Of a DNA stretch of 64,000 nucleotides, positions 1-11,576 are shown one piece after another (position 1 is the stretch's first letter; the number at the start of each line of letters is the position of its first letter). Below the pieces are notes generated by a model. The model did not search any database and was not told where the DNA came from. It saw only the letters and a program-made list of their open reading frames with translations. The stretch comes from Nitrospirales bacterium (lineage in GTDB: Bacteria > Nitrospirota > Nitrospiria > Nitrospirales > UBA8639): NCBI GenBank assembly GCA_963555755.3, contig OY820905.2:512001-576000 (forward strand). The letters are read 5' to 3'. Made by a program: the position numbers and the translations under genes.

Positions 1-432
1 CGAACGGATGTCGATGTTCAGGCCATCAAGGAGGCTCTCAAGGATGGAAGTATTGATATCATTGCCACAGACCATGCGCCCCATGCCGTGCATGAAAAAC
101 AGCGGCAGTTCGACAATGCCCCCTTTGGCATTATCGGACTGGAAACGGCGCTTCCCTTAACGCTTAATCTGGTTGAAGAGGGAGTGCTGACCATGGAACA
201 AGCCGTGGCCAAGCTCACATGCGAACCGGCGCGCGTATTCAAATTACCATATGGCACACTGGCTGTTGGTGCAGATGCCGATGTGACGCTGTTCGATCCA
301 AAGAAATCCTGGACCCTGGATCCCAACCGGCTTCATTCCAAAAGCCGTAACACCCCATTTACTGGATGGACGATGAAAGGGAAAGTCGTCAAAACTCTGG
401 TGAGTGGACGGATGGTGTATGAAGCAGAATAA
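1..432 (+). CDS. pyrC: Dihydroorotase, C-terminal part (5' end outside window)
   Basis: Frame 1 is open from base 1: IDIIATDHAPH...APFGIIGLETA...SKSRNTPF; carA/carB lie nearby. Confidence 0.93.
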   Translation, partial: RTDVDVQAIKEALKDGSIDIIATDHAPHAVHEKQRQFDNAPFGIIGLETALPLTLNLVEEGVLTMEQAVAKLTCEPARVFKLPYGTLAVGADADVTLFDPKKSWTLDPNRLHSKSRNTPFTGWTMKGKVVKTLVSGRMVYEAE

Positions 433-649
433 GGGGCTGTTGAAAAAGCATGCCCTGAGTCTTTCCGAAGGGTCCCAGCGTCGTTCTCGGCCCTTTGTCG
501 TGCTCACGTACTATGAGTACGCTCCGCGCGTCAAAGCGCCTGCGGCCTTGCTGGACAGGCCTTTTTGAACAGCCCCTGGCTATATAGAGTTGATTCAAAT
601 AATCCAATGTTATTGGTCTTATGAAAATTTTGGATTTTTCAACAGTCCC
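433..649. repeat. MITE family A copy 1 (GGGGCTGTTGAAAAA...TTTTTGAACAGCCCC, tail, second end TTTTTCAACAGTCCC)
   Basis: Inverted termini at 433 and 576, outer end at 649; core CTCACGTACTATGAGTACGCTCCGCGCG shared with copies at 2646, 3851, 17055 and 23573; starts directly after the pyrC stop. Confidence 0.85.
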
Positions 650-697
650 AATAATCCCTTTGCAACAGATGGATTTTGAATGTGAAAAGAACAATCC

Positions 698-1234
698 ATG
701 GGGCGAGTGACCTCTGGTTGGCAGCTTTCGATATCGCTGGCCGAGCTGCTTGGACTCACCATATGGATCGGAGGATTGGCCGTTATTCTGACGACGGTGA
801 TTCCAGCCGTGTTCAATACTCTCGGCATGGAACAAGGTGGACGATTTTTACGAAAAGTATTTGACGGCTATAATAATTTGACCAGCGGTATTGTCATCTT
901 ATTACTTGGAACAGCGGCTATCCGGACATGGAAAATTCGGCAGATTCCTGACCGCATTCTTTCCGTCAGCCGTGCAGAATGGGGTGTATTGATGGCGTTA
1001 GTCCTTGTGACGGGATCGATTGTTTTTATCCTGGGACCCAAGGCCATCGAGCTTCAAGAAATCGCCTTTGCCGCGGAAACGCAAGAAGCGAAGAAAATAG
1101 CGTACGATGCCTTTTTTCGTACCCACATGATTGTTCGAGCCCTGCATCTGATTAATGCCGGGTTCGCCATAAGTTTACTCGTGGTCAAATTCCGACAATG
1201 GATCCAACGCCGAGCTGCGTTTGGTTTTGAGTGA
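698..1234 (+). CDS. DUF4149/TMEM205-like membrane protein
   Basis: About four hydrophobic segments, IWIGG motif, F..H near the C-terminus. Confidence 0.7.
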   Translation: MGRVTSGWQLSISLAELLGLTIWIGGLAVILTTVIPAVFNTLGMEQGGRFLRKVFDGYNNLTSGIVILLLGTAAIRTWKIRQIPDRILSVSRAEWGVLMALVLVTGSIVFILGPKAIELQEIAFAAETQEAKKIAYDAFFRTHMIVRALHLINAGFAISLLVVKFRQWIQRRAAFGFE

Positions 1235-1357
1235 GGGAATGCTGAAAAAAGGCGCCAGCCTTCGCCAAGGCTACGGCAGACAAGCCAGCGGCGTTCTCGG
1301 ACCTTTCCTTCGATAGACTCAGGACAGGACTGGACACACCTTTTTGACCATTCCCTC
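1233..1357. repeat. MITE family A copy 2 (core largely deleted)
   Basis: GAGGGAATGCTGAAAAA...TTTTTGACCATTCCCTC; retains CCAGCGGCGTTCTCGG; overlaps the upstream stop codon. Confidence 0.75.
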
Positions 1358-1445
1358 TGGCCTCTGGATGTCCCATTGAGGAATCCAGAGATGGTCAGGA
1401 TGATGAGAAATTTTTTAAAATTCCAACAATTTTCCTGAAGGTGTT

Positions 1446-2630
1446 ATGACTACAGCGATTTTAGCCTTAGCCGACGGAACGATATTTGAAGGACGTGCTT
1501 TGGGATGTACTGGCGAGGCTTCCGGAGAAGTGGTCTTTAATACCGCGATGACTGGATACCAGGAAATCCTCACGGACCCGTCGTATAAAGGCCAATTCGT
1601 GGTCATGACCTGCTCGCACATTGGTAATTACGGAGTGGCTCAGCAGGATGAGGAGTCCAGACGGACATGGGCCGAAGGATTCATCGTCAACGAAGCCAGC
1701 CGGCGGCCAAGTAATTGGCGCTCGTATCAATCGTTACATGAATATTTACAGAAGCAGGGGGTCGTGGGAATCGAAGGGATTGATACACGATATCTGACGA
1801 GGCACCTTCGCGATCATGGATCGCAATCCGGCGTGATTTCTCATGTCGATTTGGACCGGGACTCGTTGGTCAAAAAAGCCCAAGCTGCCCCTGGCACGGT
1901 GGGTCGAGATCTGGTTTCCGAGGTCACCTGTTCGGCTTCCTATACGTGGCAAGAAGGTTCAGAGGAGTGGACCCTTCCTCACGGATCAGTGCAAACCAAT
2001 GGAAAGAATTCGCATTCAAAAAAATACCATGTGGTCGTCTATGACTTTGGAGTGAAGCTCACTATTTTGCGACGTCTTGTGGATTATGGGTGCGAGGTGA
2101 CCGTGGTTCCGGCTTCAACGTCGGCACAAACCGTTCGTGAGATGAATCCTGATGGCCTGGTGCTGTCGAATGGACCGGGTGATCCGCAAGGCGCCGCATA
2201 CGCAGTTCCGCATGTTCAAAATTTGTTGGGCTGGAAACCGACCTTGGGTATTTGTCTTGGTCATCAAATCTTGGGGCTATCTCTTGGGCTTTCCACATAC
2301 AAATTGAAGTTTGGCCATCATGGTGCGAATCATCCGGTGATGGATTTACGATCGAGGAAGGTTGAGATCACTTCACAAAATCATAATTTTGCCGTGACCA
2401 TGCCGGAAACCGCTGATCGCTCGAATGAAGGAAAACCGATATTTGAAACGGAATGGGGACCATTTACCCCCACGCATGTCAGCTTAAATGATGATTGTTT
2501 GGAAGGCCTCGTCGGATGTCACGCTCCAGTGCTCTCGGTGCAATATCATCCTGAAGCCTCTCCGGGGCCTCATGATTCGTCGTATTTGTTCAACCAATTC
2601 ACCGCCATGATGGAGCAACACCGTGGGTAG
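1446..2630 (+). CDS. carA: Carbamoyl-phosphate synthase small subunit
   Basis: [47 protein letters not shown]. Confidence 0.98.
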   Translation: MTTAILALADGTIFEGRALGCTGEASGEVVFNTAMTGYQEILTDPSYKGQFVVMTCSHIGNYGVAQQDEESRRTWAEGFIVNEASRRPSNWRSYQSLHEYLQKQGVVGIEGIDTRYLTRHLRDHGSQSGVISHVDLDRDSLVKKAQAAPGTVGRDLVSEVTCSASYTWQEGSEEWTLPHGSVQTNGKNSHSKKYHVVVYDFGVKLTILRRLVDYGCEVTVVPASTSAQTVREMNPDGLVLSNGPGDPQGAAYAVPHVQNLLGWKPTLGICLGHQILGLSLGLSTYKLKFGHHGANHPVMDLRSRKVEITSQNHNFAVTMPETADRSNEGKPIFETEWGPFTPTHVSLNDDCLEGLVGCHAPVLSVQYHPEASPGPHDSSYLFNQFTAMMEQHRG

Positions 2631-3843
2631 ACCAATGACCCTTTTGGGAATGTTGAAAAAAGCCGCCAGCGGCGTTCTCGCCATTTTGCCGTGCTCACGT
2701 ACTATGAGTACGCTCCGCGCGTCAAAATGGCTGCGGCCTTGCCTGTGGAAGGGCGCGTCTTGGCGCACTTGGGTTGGGCGGGTCAGACAGGGGACTTTTT
2801 TTGAACATTCCCTCCCATTGACGATGCGTGGCTCACCTGGAGCTTGTATTGGCTGTTGGAGTGAAATATTCAACAGACCCCTTTTTCTTCTCATCTGCAT
2901 GACCGTCATGGCTAGTGGGTGTGTGTCTCAGGGGTTGTTTCCCAAAACCGGGCCGCTGGAAGAAACCGAGGTGTCCGGAAAGGGGAAAGACAAAATTCTC
3001 ATCATCGATGTCTCGGGTCTGCTGACATCTGCTCGGCCCAATGACGTGCTTGACCGATTGTTCAACCGTCCAAGCCTTCCCACTCGTTTTAAAGAAGAAC
3101 TCACCAAAGCCGCCGAAGATGACAAAGTTAAAGGAATCGTCCTTCGGATTAACAGCCCTGGCGGAACGGTAACGGCATCCGACATCCTGTATCATGAGGT
3201 TCAAGAGTTTAAAAAAAAACGCAACATTCCGGTGGTAGCATGCATCATGGATCTTGGCACATCTGGAGGGTATTACCTAGCGGTAGCCAGTGATCGGATT
3301 GTCGCTCATCCCTCAGCCGTGACAGGCAGTCTCGGTGTTATTATGCTGACCATCAATGGTTCGGGGCTCATGGAAAAAATTGGCGTCACAGCGACCGCCA
3401 TTACGTCAGGCAAACACAAAGATATGGGGTCACCATTTCGCAAAATGACAGCCAAAGACCGGGCAATTTTTCAAAGTGTGATTGATTCGTTGTACCAACG
3501 ATTCCTTGAGGTCATTGAAAAGGGGCGGCCCAACCTGACAAAAGAGAAAATTCGGCAACTCGCGGATGGTCGAATTTACTCGGCTCCGCAAGCCAAGAAA
3601 GCCGGTCTTATCGATGAAATAGGGTATCTCGATGATGCCATTGATTTGGCAAAACGACAGGCGGGTCTTTCAGAAGCGAAAGTGATCATGTATCAACGAG
3701 CGGGTGGCTACCATCCGAATATCTATTCGCAATGGTCCGGGACTGGCGGCAATTCTGGCTGGATGATCCCTAAATTGGATCCTGTTTCCTTGGCCACTAT
3801 TTTGGGCGGGACTCCTGCATTTATGTATATGTGGTTGCCATGA
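2623..3843 (+). CDS. sppA: Signal peptide peptidase SppA (S49), lipoprotein; in-frame MITE in the N-terminal region, true start uncertain
   Basis: [27 protein letters not shown] motifs; lipobox-like ASGC. Confidence 0.88.
   Translation: MGRPMTLLGMLKKAASGVLAILPCSRTMSTLRASKWLRPCLWKGASWRTWVGRVRQGTFFEHSLPLTMRGSPGACIGCWSEIFNRPLFLLICMTVMASGCVSQGLFPKTGPLEETEVSGKGKDKILIIDVSGLLTSARPNDVLDRLFNRPSLPTRFKEELTKAAEDDKVKGIVLRINSPGGTVTASDILYHEVQEFKKKRNIPVVACIMDLGTSGGYYLAVASDRIVAHPSAVTGSLGVIMLTINGSGLMEKIGVTATAITSGKHKDMGSPFRKMTAKDRAIFQSVIDSLYQRFLEVIEKGRPNLTKEKIRQLADGRIYSAPQAKKAGLIDEIGYLDDAIDLAKRQAGLSEAKVIMYQRAGGYHPNIYSQWSGTGGNSGWMIPKLDPVSLATILGGTPAFMYMWLP
2646..2880. repeat. MITE family A copy 3, in frame inside the sppA 5' region, flanked by CTTTT duplication
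   Basis: GGGAATGTTGAAAAA...TTTTGAACATTCCC...ATTCAACAGACCC; CTTTT at 2641-2645 and 2881-2885. Confidence 0.85.
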
Positions 3844-4973
3844 TCCAAAAGGGAATGTTGAAAAAAGCCGCCAGCGGCGTTCTCGCCCTTTTGCCGTGCT
3901 CACGTACTATGAGTACGCTCCGCGCGTCAAAAGGGCTGCGGCCTTGCTGGATAGACCCTTCGGAAAGACTCAGGGCATGCTTTTTTGAACATTCCCTCCT
4001 ATTGACGATACAGGGCTCATCTGGAGCTTGTATTGGCTGTTGGAGTGAAATATTCAACAGGCTCAAAAAACAAATTTTTCGATCGACAGAATTTCATGGC
4101 GATGTTCACTGTCCACGTACGGGTTCTGGCTTTCGTGTGGTTGGTTTAGTTTTAGCGACTCTTGTATACCTGGCCATGCTCGGATGCATCAAAGCTCCGG
4201 GAACCGCACGAGATCAAATCATTTTCATCTCGGAGGAAAAAGAAATCGCTTTAGGGATCAGCGCGTTTCGCGATGTACTTCGGAATGCGCGCTTGAATGG
4301 GAATCCCGAAATCAATGCCATGGTGAATCGGGTGGGGCAGCGTATTGCCGCTGTAGCGAATAGACCGGCGTATCATTGGGAGTTTGCCGTGATTCAGGAT
4401 GATGAGCAAATCAACGCCTTTGCCCTTCCCGGTGGAAAAGTGGCGATTTTTACCGGAATTTTGAAACACACGAAAACTGAGGCTGGCTTGGCGACGGTGA
4501 TGGCCCATGAAGTTGCACATGCCCTGCAACGTCACGGGGCTGAACGCATGAGCCGAGGGATCTTGGAACAGATTGCGCAACTTGGAGCTCTTGCTGGTGC
4601 CGCCTCGGGGGCAGTTGATCCACAGTTAGCTATGGGCGCAATGAGTGTATATGGAGTTGGTGTCACACTTCCTCACAATCGACGTCAAGAATCTGAGGCC
4701 GACTTTATCGGCCTTCAACTGATGGCCAAGGCTGGCTATGACCCACGAGAAGCCATTGGGTTCTGGGAACGGATGAGCGGCTGTCCGCGGAAAATGATTG
4801 GGCGGTTTTGTTTTCGATCCAATGCCGCGATTCCAGAATTTCTTTCCACCCATCCCTCGGATGTGACACGCATCAAGCAAATCGAAGCATGGATTGAAGA
4901 TGCCTTGCAGTTTTATCATCCAGAAGAACATGAAGCGTCTCCCGCAACAAAGGAAGTCGCGAAGGGCCTGTGA
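3840..4973 (+). CDS. M48-family zinc metallopeptidase, lipoprotein; in-frame MITE at the N-terminus
   Basis: NAFALPGG, HEVAH zinc motif, QESEAD, FLSTHP; ATG at 3840 overlaps the sppA stop (ATGA). Confidence 0.9.
   Translation: MIQKGMLKKAASGVLALLPCSRTMSTLRASKGLRPCWIDPSERLRACFFEHSLLLTIQGSSGACIGCWSEIFNRLKKQIFRSTEFHGDVHCPRTGSGFRVVGLVLATLVYLAMLGCIKAPGTARDQIIFISEEKEIALGISAFRDVLRNARLNGNPEINAMVNRVGQRIAAVANRPAYHWEFAVIQDDEQINAFALPGGKVAIFTGILKHTKTEAGLATVMAHEVAHALQRHGAERMSRGILEQIAQLGALAGAASGAVDPQLAMGAMSVYGVGVTLPHNRRQESEADFIGLQLMAKAGYDPREAIGFWERMSGCPRKMIGRFCFRSNAAIPEFLSTHPSDVTRIKQIEAWIEDALQFYHPEEHEASPATKEVAKGL
3851..4064. repeat. MITE family A copy 4, in frame in the M48 gene 5' region
   Basis: Closely similar to 2646-2880 including the tail CTGGAGCTTGTATTGGCTGTTGGAGTGAAATATTCAACAG. 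Confidence 0.85.
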
Positions 4974-5146
4974 AAGAATAATTTGGACAAAAAATAGCGC
5001 CCAAATTTGGGTCGGATTTGGATGTAACGATTGAGAACCCCCCGAGGCATCGCACCGCTATGTTGAGGTTTTTTCGATTGAGACGCGTTCAAAGATGGCC
5101 CGAAGAGGGGATGCAATTTTTTCCAAGTTATTCTTCCACAGACCCT
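4963..5146. repeat. MITE family C copy 1 (AGGGCCTGTGAAAGAATAA...TTATTCTTCCACAGACCCT)
   Basis: Inverted termini; reverse-oriented relative at 32527-32705; supplies the M48 TGA stop. Confidence 0.8.
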
Positions 5147-5184
5147 AAACCACAATCTCTCTCGATAGCACACTGAGTCGCGTA

Positions 5185-8100
5185 ATGCCCAAACGTCAAG
5201 ATATACATCGAATTCTTTTGATTGGATCAGGCCCGATTGTAATCGGCCAAGCCTGCGAATTCGACTATTCCGGAACACAAGCCTGCAAGGCCTTGAAGCA
5301 CGAAGGCTATGAAGTGGTGTTGGTGAACAGTAACCCGGCGACTATCATGACTGACCCGGAACTTGCAGATCGTACCTATATTGAGCCCATCACGGTTGAA
5401 GTCGTTGAGCGCATTATTGAACGTGAACGACCGGATGCTTTATTGCCGACAATGGGTGGGCAAACGGCGTTGAACATCACAGTGGCCTTACATCAGCAGG
5501 GCATTCTGGAGAAGTACAATGTTCAGCTCATCGGTGCGTCCTATGAGGCGATTCAAAAAGCGGAAGACCGCGATGCCTTCAAGCGGGCGATGGAGCGAAT
5601 TGGCCTTTCAACTCCCACCAGCCAACTGATCAAAAACCGCGAGGATGCCATCAATTTTCTCGAGGTCATCGGGTTTCCGGCCATTGTTCGACCTTCATTC
5701 ACCCTCGGCGGTGCGGGAGGAAACATTGCCTACAATCGTGAGGAGTTTGAGCAGTCCGTGGATTGGGCGCTTATGACCAGTCCGGTAGGGGAGGTCCTCA
5801 TTGAGCGGTCGCTCATAGGATGGAAAGAGTTTGAACTCGAAGTCATGCGTGATCTGAAGGACAATGTCGTCATTGTCTGTCCCATTGAAAACTTTGACGC
5901 CATGGGCATTCACACTGGAGATAGCATTACCGTTGCTCCAGCCATGACGCTGACGGATAAGGAATACCAATTGATGCGGGATGCGGCAATCAAGATTATT
6001 CGGGAGATCGGGGTCGATACAGGCGGGTCGAATATTCAGTTCGCATTAAATCCCCAAAATGGCCAGATGATCGTCATCGAAATGAATCCACGTGTGTCCC
6101 GCAGTTCAGCGCTTGCCTCCAAAGCCACCGGGTTTCCCATTGCAAAAATCGCCGCCATGCTTGCCATTGGTTATACCCTCGATGAGATCACCAATGATAT
6201 TACGCAAGTCACCAAAGCGTCCTTTGAACCGACGATCGATTACGTGGTCGTCAAAATTCCCCGATTTGCCTTTGAAAAATTCCCTGGATCCGATCCGACG
6301 CTGACTACGCAAATGAAATCGGTCGGAGAGGCCATGGCTTTGGGCAGGAATTTTAAAGAAGCGTTTCACAAGGCCCTTCGATCATTGGAAACCGATCGAT
6401 GTGGGTTAATTTCATTGTCGGGCTTGGATCATCACCTTCCAGGAGATCAGGTGGCAGATGAAGTTGTTCAGCAAATCAAGCAAGACGTTCGCGCGCCGCA
6501 TCCTGATCGTCCATGGCATATAGCCGACGGACTCCGCCTAGGCTTTTCAAAAGACGAACTCTATTCAACCACCCATATTGATCCATGGTTCTTGGACCAA
6601 CTCGAGGAAATTGTAGACTGTGAGCGATTGATCCTCCGAAAAGTTCGAGAAACAGGAAACGAACACACGACGGACCCTGCGAATATCTTTTCCGATACAG
6701 AGGGGCAGGCGCTTTTCCTGGATGTAAAACGATTCGGATTTTCCGATGAACGAATTGGGCAATTGCTCAACACCACCGGAAAAATCGTGAGGGATTGGCG
6801 CAAGGCCAACACGTCTCATCATCCTGTGACCTATGCCAGAGCCGATACCTGTGCTGCAGAATTTGAAGCACAGACACCCTATCTGTATTCCACCTATGGT
6901 ATGGAATGCGAAGCTCGTCCGACTACGAACCAAAAAGTCGCCATTCTTGGTGGCGGACCGAATCGTATCGGGCAAGGCATTGAATTCGACTATTGCTGCG
7001 TACATGCCGCGTTGGCCTTACGTGAGCTCGGTGTGGAAACCATTATGGTCAATTGCAATCCCGAAACCGTCAGTACAGATTACGACATATCGGATCGGCT
7101 CTATTTCGAACCACTCACTGAAGAAGATGTGTTGAACATCATGGACAAGGAATGCCCGATGGGTGTCGTGGTCCAGTTTGGCGGTCAAACGCCTCTAAAG
7201 TTAGCCCTGCCTCTTGAACGCGCCGGGGTTCCGATCCTGGGTACAACACCCGATTCAATCGATCGTGCCGAGAACCGTGAGCGATTCAGCAATCTCATCA
7301 AGAAGTTACAACTCCAGCAGCCAGTAAATGGCGCTGCTCTTTCCGGTGATGAGGCCTATGCCATTGCCCAACAGATTGGCTATCCGGTCATTGTCCGCCC
7401 CTCTTATGTCTTGGGCGGACGGGCTATGCAAATCGTCTATGACGAAAGCTCTTTGCGTAAATATATTCAAATGAACGTCATGACGTCATCTCAATATCCC
7501 TTATTGATTGATCAGTATCTTCGGGATGCGATTGAAATTGACGTTGATGCGATATCAGATGGAAACCACGTCGTCGTGGCCGGAGTCATGGAACATGTCG
7601 AAGAAGCTGGCATTCATTCCGGCGATTCTGCCTGTTCGTTGCCTCCGTTTTCCTTAGGTCCAGAAATCATTGTCCGGATTCACCAGCAGACAATTTCCTT
7701 GGCGAAAGAATTACAGGTTATTGGATTGATGAATATTCAGTTTGCCATTCAAGGGCGGGAGATATTTATTTTGGAGGTCAATCCTCGCGCTTCACGAACC
7801 GTCCCCTTTGTCAGCAAGACCATTGGCGTTCCGTTGGCGAAATTGGCGATGAAGACCATGTTGGGTCATTCACTGGCCTCACTGGGATTTACCAAATCCC
7901 GAATCGTGAGTCATATCTCGGTGAAAGAATCAGTCTTTCCCTTTACAAAGTTCGGGAATGTGGATGTGTTACTTGGCCCGGAGATGCGATCAACGGGTGA
8001 GGTCATGGGCATTGACAAAGACTTTGGATGGGCCTTTGCCAAATCTCAAGCCGCCGCCGGTTTGGCGCTTCCTCGCCAGGGTACGGTTATCATGAGTGTC

Positions 8101-8475
8101 AAGGATGGTGATAAGCCAGGGACGGTGGAGGTGGCCCGGCGTTTACAAGATGCCGGTTTTCACATTCAAGCCACGCGAGGCACGGCCACCCACCTGCAGG
8201 AACATGGCGTGACCGTGGAAATGGTCAATAAGGTGAAAGAGGGGCGGCCCCATTTGGTCGATCATATTAAAAATCGACAAGCCCACATCGTGGTCAATAC
8301 GGTGGGAACGACGTCTTCACAGGATGACTCCATGTCCATTCGGCGTGAAGCCGTGCAACAAGGCATTCCCTACTTTACCACAATCCAAGGTATTCGAGCG
8401 GCTGTCACCGCCATCGAAGCCATGGCGAAAAACCCTCTGACCGTACAATCGCTTCAAGAATATCATCCCAGCTAG
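5185..8475 (+). CDS. carB: Carbamoyl-phosphate synthase large subunit
   Basis: MPKRQDI...[17 protein letters not shown], two ATP-grasp halves, MGS domain; 1096 aa. Confidence 0.99.
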   Translation: MPKRQDIHRILLIGSGPIVIGQACEFDYSGTQACKALKHEGYEVVLVNSNPATIMTDPELADRTYIEPITVEVVERIIERERPDALLPTMGGQTALNITVALHQQGILEKYNVQLIGASYEAIQKAEDRDAFKRAMERIGLSTPTSQLIKNREDAINFLEVIGFPAIVRPSFTLGGAGGNIAYNREEFEQSVDWALMTSPVGEVLIERSLIGWKEFELEVMRDLKDNVVIVCPIENFDAMGIHTGDSITVAPAMTLTDKEYQLMRDAAIKIIREIGVDTGGSNIQFALNPQNGQMIVIEMNPRVSRSSALASKATGFPIAKIAAMLAIGYTLDEITNDITQVTKASFEPTIDYVVVKIPRFAFEKFPGSDPTLTTQMKSVGEAMALGRNFKEAFHKALRSLETDRCGLISLSGLDHHLPGDQVADEVVQQIKQDVRAPHPDRPWHIADGLRLGFSKDELYSTTHIDPWFLDQLEEIVDCERLILRKVRETGNEHTTDPANIFSDTEGQALFLDVKRFGFSDERIGQLLNTTGKIVRDWRKANTSHHPVTYARADTCAAEFEAQTPYLYSTYGMECEARPTTNQKVAILGGGPNRIGQGIEFDYCCVHAALALRELGVETIMVNCNPETVSTDYDISDRLYFEPLTEEDVLNIMDKECPMGVVVQFGGQTPLKLALPLERAGVPILGTTPDSIDRAENRERFSNLIKKLQLQQPVNGAALSGDEAYAIAQQIGYPVIVRPSYVLGGRAMQIVYDESSLRKYIQMNVMTSSQYPLLIDQYLRDAIEIDVDAISDGNHVVVAGVMEHVEEAGIHSGDSACSLPPFSLGPEIIVRIHQQTISLAKELQVIGLMNIQFAIQGREIFILEVNPRASRTVPFVSKTIGVPLAKLAMKTMLGHSLASLGFTKSRIVSHISVKESVFPFTKFGNVDVLLGPEMRSTGEVMGIDKDFGWAFAKSQAAAGLALPRQGTVIMSVKDGDKPGTVEVARRLQDAGFHIQATRGTATHLQEHGVTVEMVNKVKEGRPHLVDHIKNRQAHIVVNTVGTTSSQDDSMSIRREAVQQGIPYFTTIQGIRAAVTAIEAMAKNPLTVQSLQEYHPS

Positions 8476-8489
8476 CCAGTCTCTTCATC

Positions 8490-8589
8490 TTGTCATTTCG
8501 AGTGAAAGGAGAAATCTCTTTCTTCCGGTGGGAACGCCTGCCAAGCGTGGTAGGAACGGGGAGATTTCTCCCAAGGGTCGAAATGACAA
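8490..8589. repeat. REP-like inverted pair TGTCATTTCGA...GAGAAATCTC / GAGATTTCTC...TCGAAATGACA
   Basis: Same motif occurs in the 179-bp tandem units at 20712-21246 and at 56439-56515. Confidence 0.75.
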
Positions 8590-8772
8590 AAGGTCTAGGA
8601 TTGTGGCCTTTTGTGAAGCCTTTTCCAATGGCATCTTTACTTATTGCACAGATAAGAAAGAGGAAAACCCCTGTCTGCTTCAAGGAATGTACCCTAGTTG
8701 AAATTTCCCACCGAAAACTGAAATAGTGAAGGAATTGGTGATGACAGGGGTTCCGATATCTGAGGAGAAGCT

Positions 8773-9249
8773 ATGGCAGTTCCAATTACAAAAAAGGGGT
8801 ATGAAAATCTCAAAGCCGAGCTTGCTCGATTTCGAAAAGTCGAACGGCCAAAAAACATTCGAGATATTGCCGAGGCACGGGAACACGGCGATCTTCGAGA
8901 AAACGCCGAATTCAAAGCCGCCAAAGAACGGCAGCAATTTATTGACATCCGGATGGCTGAACTTGAGTATAAACTTGGTGATGCCCAGGTTATTGAAGTG
9001 ACAGCGGGAATGAGTGAAACCGTCGTGTTTGGCGCCACAGTCCGTTTACTGAATTTAGAAACCGAGGAGGAAAAATTGTATACGCTAATCGGACAAGAAG
9101 AGGCAGACTTGAAGAATGGCTCGATCTCGGTCCAATCCCCAATTGGCCGCGCCCTCATCAGTCATCGTGTCGGGGATATTGTCAAAGTCAATCGACCTGC
9201 GGGTATGATTGAATACGAAATTCAAGAAATATTTTTTCAGGAGTCGTGA
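8773..9249 (+). CDS. greA: Transcription elongation factor GreA
   Basis: AREHGDLRENAEFKAAKE, ISVQSPIGRAL. Confidence 0.97.
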   Translation: MAVPITKKGYENLKAELARFRKVERPKNIRDIAEAREHGDLRENAEFKAAKERQQFIDIRMAELEYKLGDAQVIEVTAGMSETVVFGATVRLLNLETEEEKLYTLIGQEEADLKNGSISVQSPIGRALISHRVGDIVKVNRPAGMIEYEIQEIFFQES

Positions 9250-9250
9250 T

Positions 9251-10051
9251 ATGCCATCTGCCATCTCTGTCGTGTCGTTGATCACCGATTTTGGCGACCG
9301 GGATTATTTTGTCGCCAGTATGAAAGGGGTCATGCTGGGCATCAATAGTCAAATCCGCATTATTGATGTGTCCCACCATGTCACGCCGCATTCAATTAAA
9401 GAGGCGGCTTTTCTGTTGAATTCGTGTTATCACTATTTCCCAGACGGGACCATCCACGTCGTAGTGGTAGATCCAGGAGTGGGGTCCTCACGACGGGGAA
9501 TATTAGTGAGTACCTCTCGATATCACTTTCTTGCTCCTGACAATGGCGTACTGAGCTATGTCTTCGAAAACGAGCTGGACGTGGAAGTTCGTCAAATTGA
9601 AAACCGTCAATTTCGTCTGGATTCCGAAGGCGCCACCTTCGACGGACGGGATTTGTTCGCCCCATCGGCGGCCTGGCTCACCAGGGGGCAAACGCCTGGG
9701 GCGTATGGTCGGTTAGTCACGGATTACGAAAAACTGCCGATCCAAAAACCAGAAGTACGGAAAGGCATCTTGCACGGACGTGTAGCGTATATCGATCGCT
9801 TCGGGAACATCATGACGGATATCACCTCTGACGACATTAAAACTTTACAAGACATCACCAAGAAAAAAGACTTTTGCATTCAGCTCGGTGACACCACAAT
9901 TCAAGAATTGAAAACTCATTATGAGCAAGGATCACCAGAGACTGCGAGTGCTCTCATTAATAGTAACGGCTATATTGAAATATTTCTTCAACAGGGAAAG
10001 GCGAGTGATAGCCTCGGAGTCAATCTTGGCGATTCCATTCAAGTGAACTGA
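9251..10051 (+). CDS. SAM hydroxide adenosyltransferase / chlorinase-fluorinase family (DUF62)
   Basis: LITDFG, VVDPGVGS.RR, APDNG, TFDGRDLFAP, YIDRFGN; ATG two bases after the greA stop. Confidence 0.9.
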   Translation: MPSAISVVSLITDFGDRDYFVASMKGVMLGINSQIRIIDVSHHVTPHSIKEAAFLLNSCYHYFPDGTIHVVVVDPGVGSSRRGILVSTSRYHFLAPDNGVLSYVFENELDVEVRQIENRQFRLDSEGATFDGRDLFAPSAAWLTRGQTPGAYGRLVTDYEKLPIQKPEVRKGILHGRVAYIDRFGNIMTDITSDDIKTLQDITKKKDFCIQLGDTTIQELKTHYEQGSPETASALINSNGYIEIFLQQGKASDSLGVNLGDSIQVN

Positions 10052-10069
10052 ACCACAAAATTTTATCGA

Positions 10070-11368
10070 TTAACCTATTGCACCCCTTGCGGCACTTCTC
10101 CCGGCGATAAAGCCAGTGGACCAGGCCCACTGAAAATTAAACCCACCTATTCGTCCATCACAATCCAGCATTTCTCCAATCAGGTAGAGTCCGGATACGT
10201 TTCGTGACATCATGGTCTGGGGATTAATCTCATCCAGTGGAATGCCACCGGCCGTGACCTCGGCAAAATTCCATCCCCGATGGGCTATCACGGGGACAGG
10301 GAGATCGGTGAGAACGTTGACGAGGGTTTTTCGTTTTACCTGCGGTAATTGGTTGAGTGGCAGGTTAGCCAAATTTTGCGAACCTGTCTTTTCAATATTT
10401 TTCCTGAATGGATCTTTCTCTCCTTGATCAATCAAATGACAAAGGACCTCTGCCAATCGAGCCGGTAATCGTTGAGCGAGTAACGTTCCAACGGATTTTC
10501 TCCCAGGTTGACGAGAAGCTTGGTCCAACCAGCGATCAACCTCATCAATCGTTTGATCGGGAAAACACGAAATGAACACCGTGACTTCCTGCCCTTGGCC
10601 TTTGGCCATTACCCAGAAACGACTGGCATCTAAAACCACAGGACCACTTATACCGAAGTGCGTCCACAACAAGCTGCCAACGCGACGATCAACAACCTTT
10701 CGATTCACTCGCGTCGTCACTCTGACTTCATGCGAGATGCCTGAAAGCCCAGCATGGAAAAATGTGTCTGCAAGCACCAGAGGAACGAGGGCGGGATAGG
10801 TGGGCGTGATAGAATGTCCCATTCGTTTAGCCATAGCCCAACCCTTTCCATCCGATCCGGATTTGGGCAGGGACTGTCCGCCCGTGGCCATGATCACTCG
10901 TTGTGCGGTGATCTGTCCCTGTTCGAACTCAATACGAAACCCAACGTCCGTGTGGGCGATAGATTGAACTCGGTGTTTTGTTAATATTCTTATATCCAAC
11001 TCGTTGCAACGCCGAAGGAGTGCATCCAGAACGGTACGAGCTTTGTTGCTTATGGGAAACAGTTTTCCGGTGGTTTCCTGTTTTAAGTCCACCCCAAACG
11101 ATTCAAACCACCGAACGGTGGCTTGTGCATCCAATCGCCGAAGAATACGAGCGACGAGACGCTTTGGTGCATGAAAATCAGAGGGATGCACAATGGCATT
11201 GGTAACATTGCAACGCCCACCACCGGACACCAATATTTTTGATCCAATGGTTCGTGCCCCATCCAAGAGGACGATCCTGAGGTTGGGACGATTTTCTGCA
11301 GCAAAGATAGCTGCGGCCAGACCCGCGGCGCCTGCGCCAATGATCGCAATATCAATTTCGGTTTGCAT
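10070..11368 (-). CDS. HI0933-family NAD(P)/FAD-dependent oxidoreductase
   Basis: GAGAAG, KILVSGGGRCNVTN, THFGISGP, GGFNFQWAWSTG. Confidence 0.92.
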   Translation of the reverse strand: MQTEIDIAIIGAGAAGLAAAIFAAENRPNLRIVLLDGARTIGSKILVSGGGRCNVTNAIVHPSDFHAPKRLVARILRRLDAQATVRWFESFGVDLKQETTGKLFPISNKARTVLDALLRRCNELDIRILTKHRVQSIAHTDVGFRIEFEQGQITAQRVIMATGGQSLPKSGSDGKGWAMAKRMGHSITPTYPALVPLVLADTFFHAGLSGISHEVRVTTRVNRKVVDRRVGSLLWTHFGISGPVVLDASRFWVMAKGQGQEVTVFISCFPDQTIDEVDRWLDQASRQPGRKSVGTLLAQRLPARLAEVLCHLIDQGEKDPFRKNIEKTGSQNLANLPLNQLPQVKRKTLVNVLTDLPVPVIAHRGWNFAEVTAGGIPLDEINPQTMMSRNVSGLYLIGEMLDCDGRIGGFNFQWAWSTGFIAGRSAARGAIG

Positions 11369-11390
11369 GAAATTATAGAGGGGTAACTAA

Positions 11391-11547
11391 GGGTTCGCGC
11401 AAGAATAACTTCACATGTTTGGGTGCTGAGACACCTGTCTGGCAAGGCGCGAGGACTGCGCATACTCCTCGTATGGAAAGGACGAGCAACGCCGCCAGAC
11501 GGGATGGATCGACGCCCAAACAGGGGAAGTTAGTCTTGCGCGAGCCC
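11391..11547. repeat. MITE family B copy 1 (GGGTTCGCGCAAGAATAAC...GTTAGTCTTGCGCGAGCCC), flanked by TAA on both sides
   Basis: Inverted termini; TAA at 11388-11390 and 11548-11550; inverted relative at 57824. Confidence 0.82.
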
Positions 11548-11576
11548 TAAGGCCTAGCGAGGGAAAGAGGGTAACG

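Noticed and set aside
9251..10051. Halogenating fluorinase/chlorinase pathway
   Set aside because: Housekeeping context next to greA fits the widespread DUF62 family; no biosynthetic cluster is adjacent
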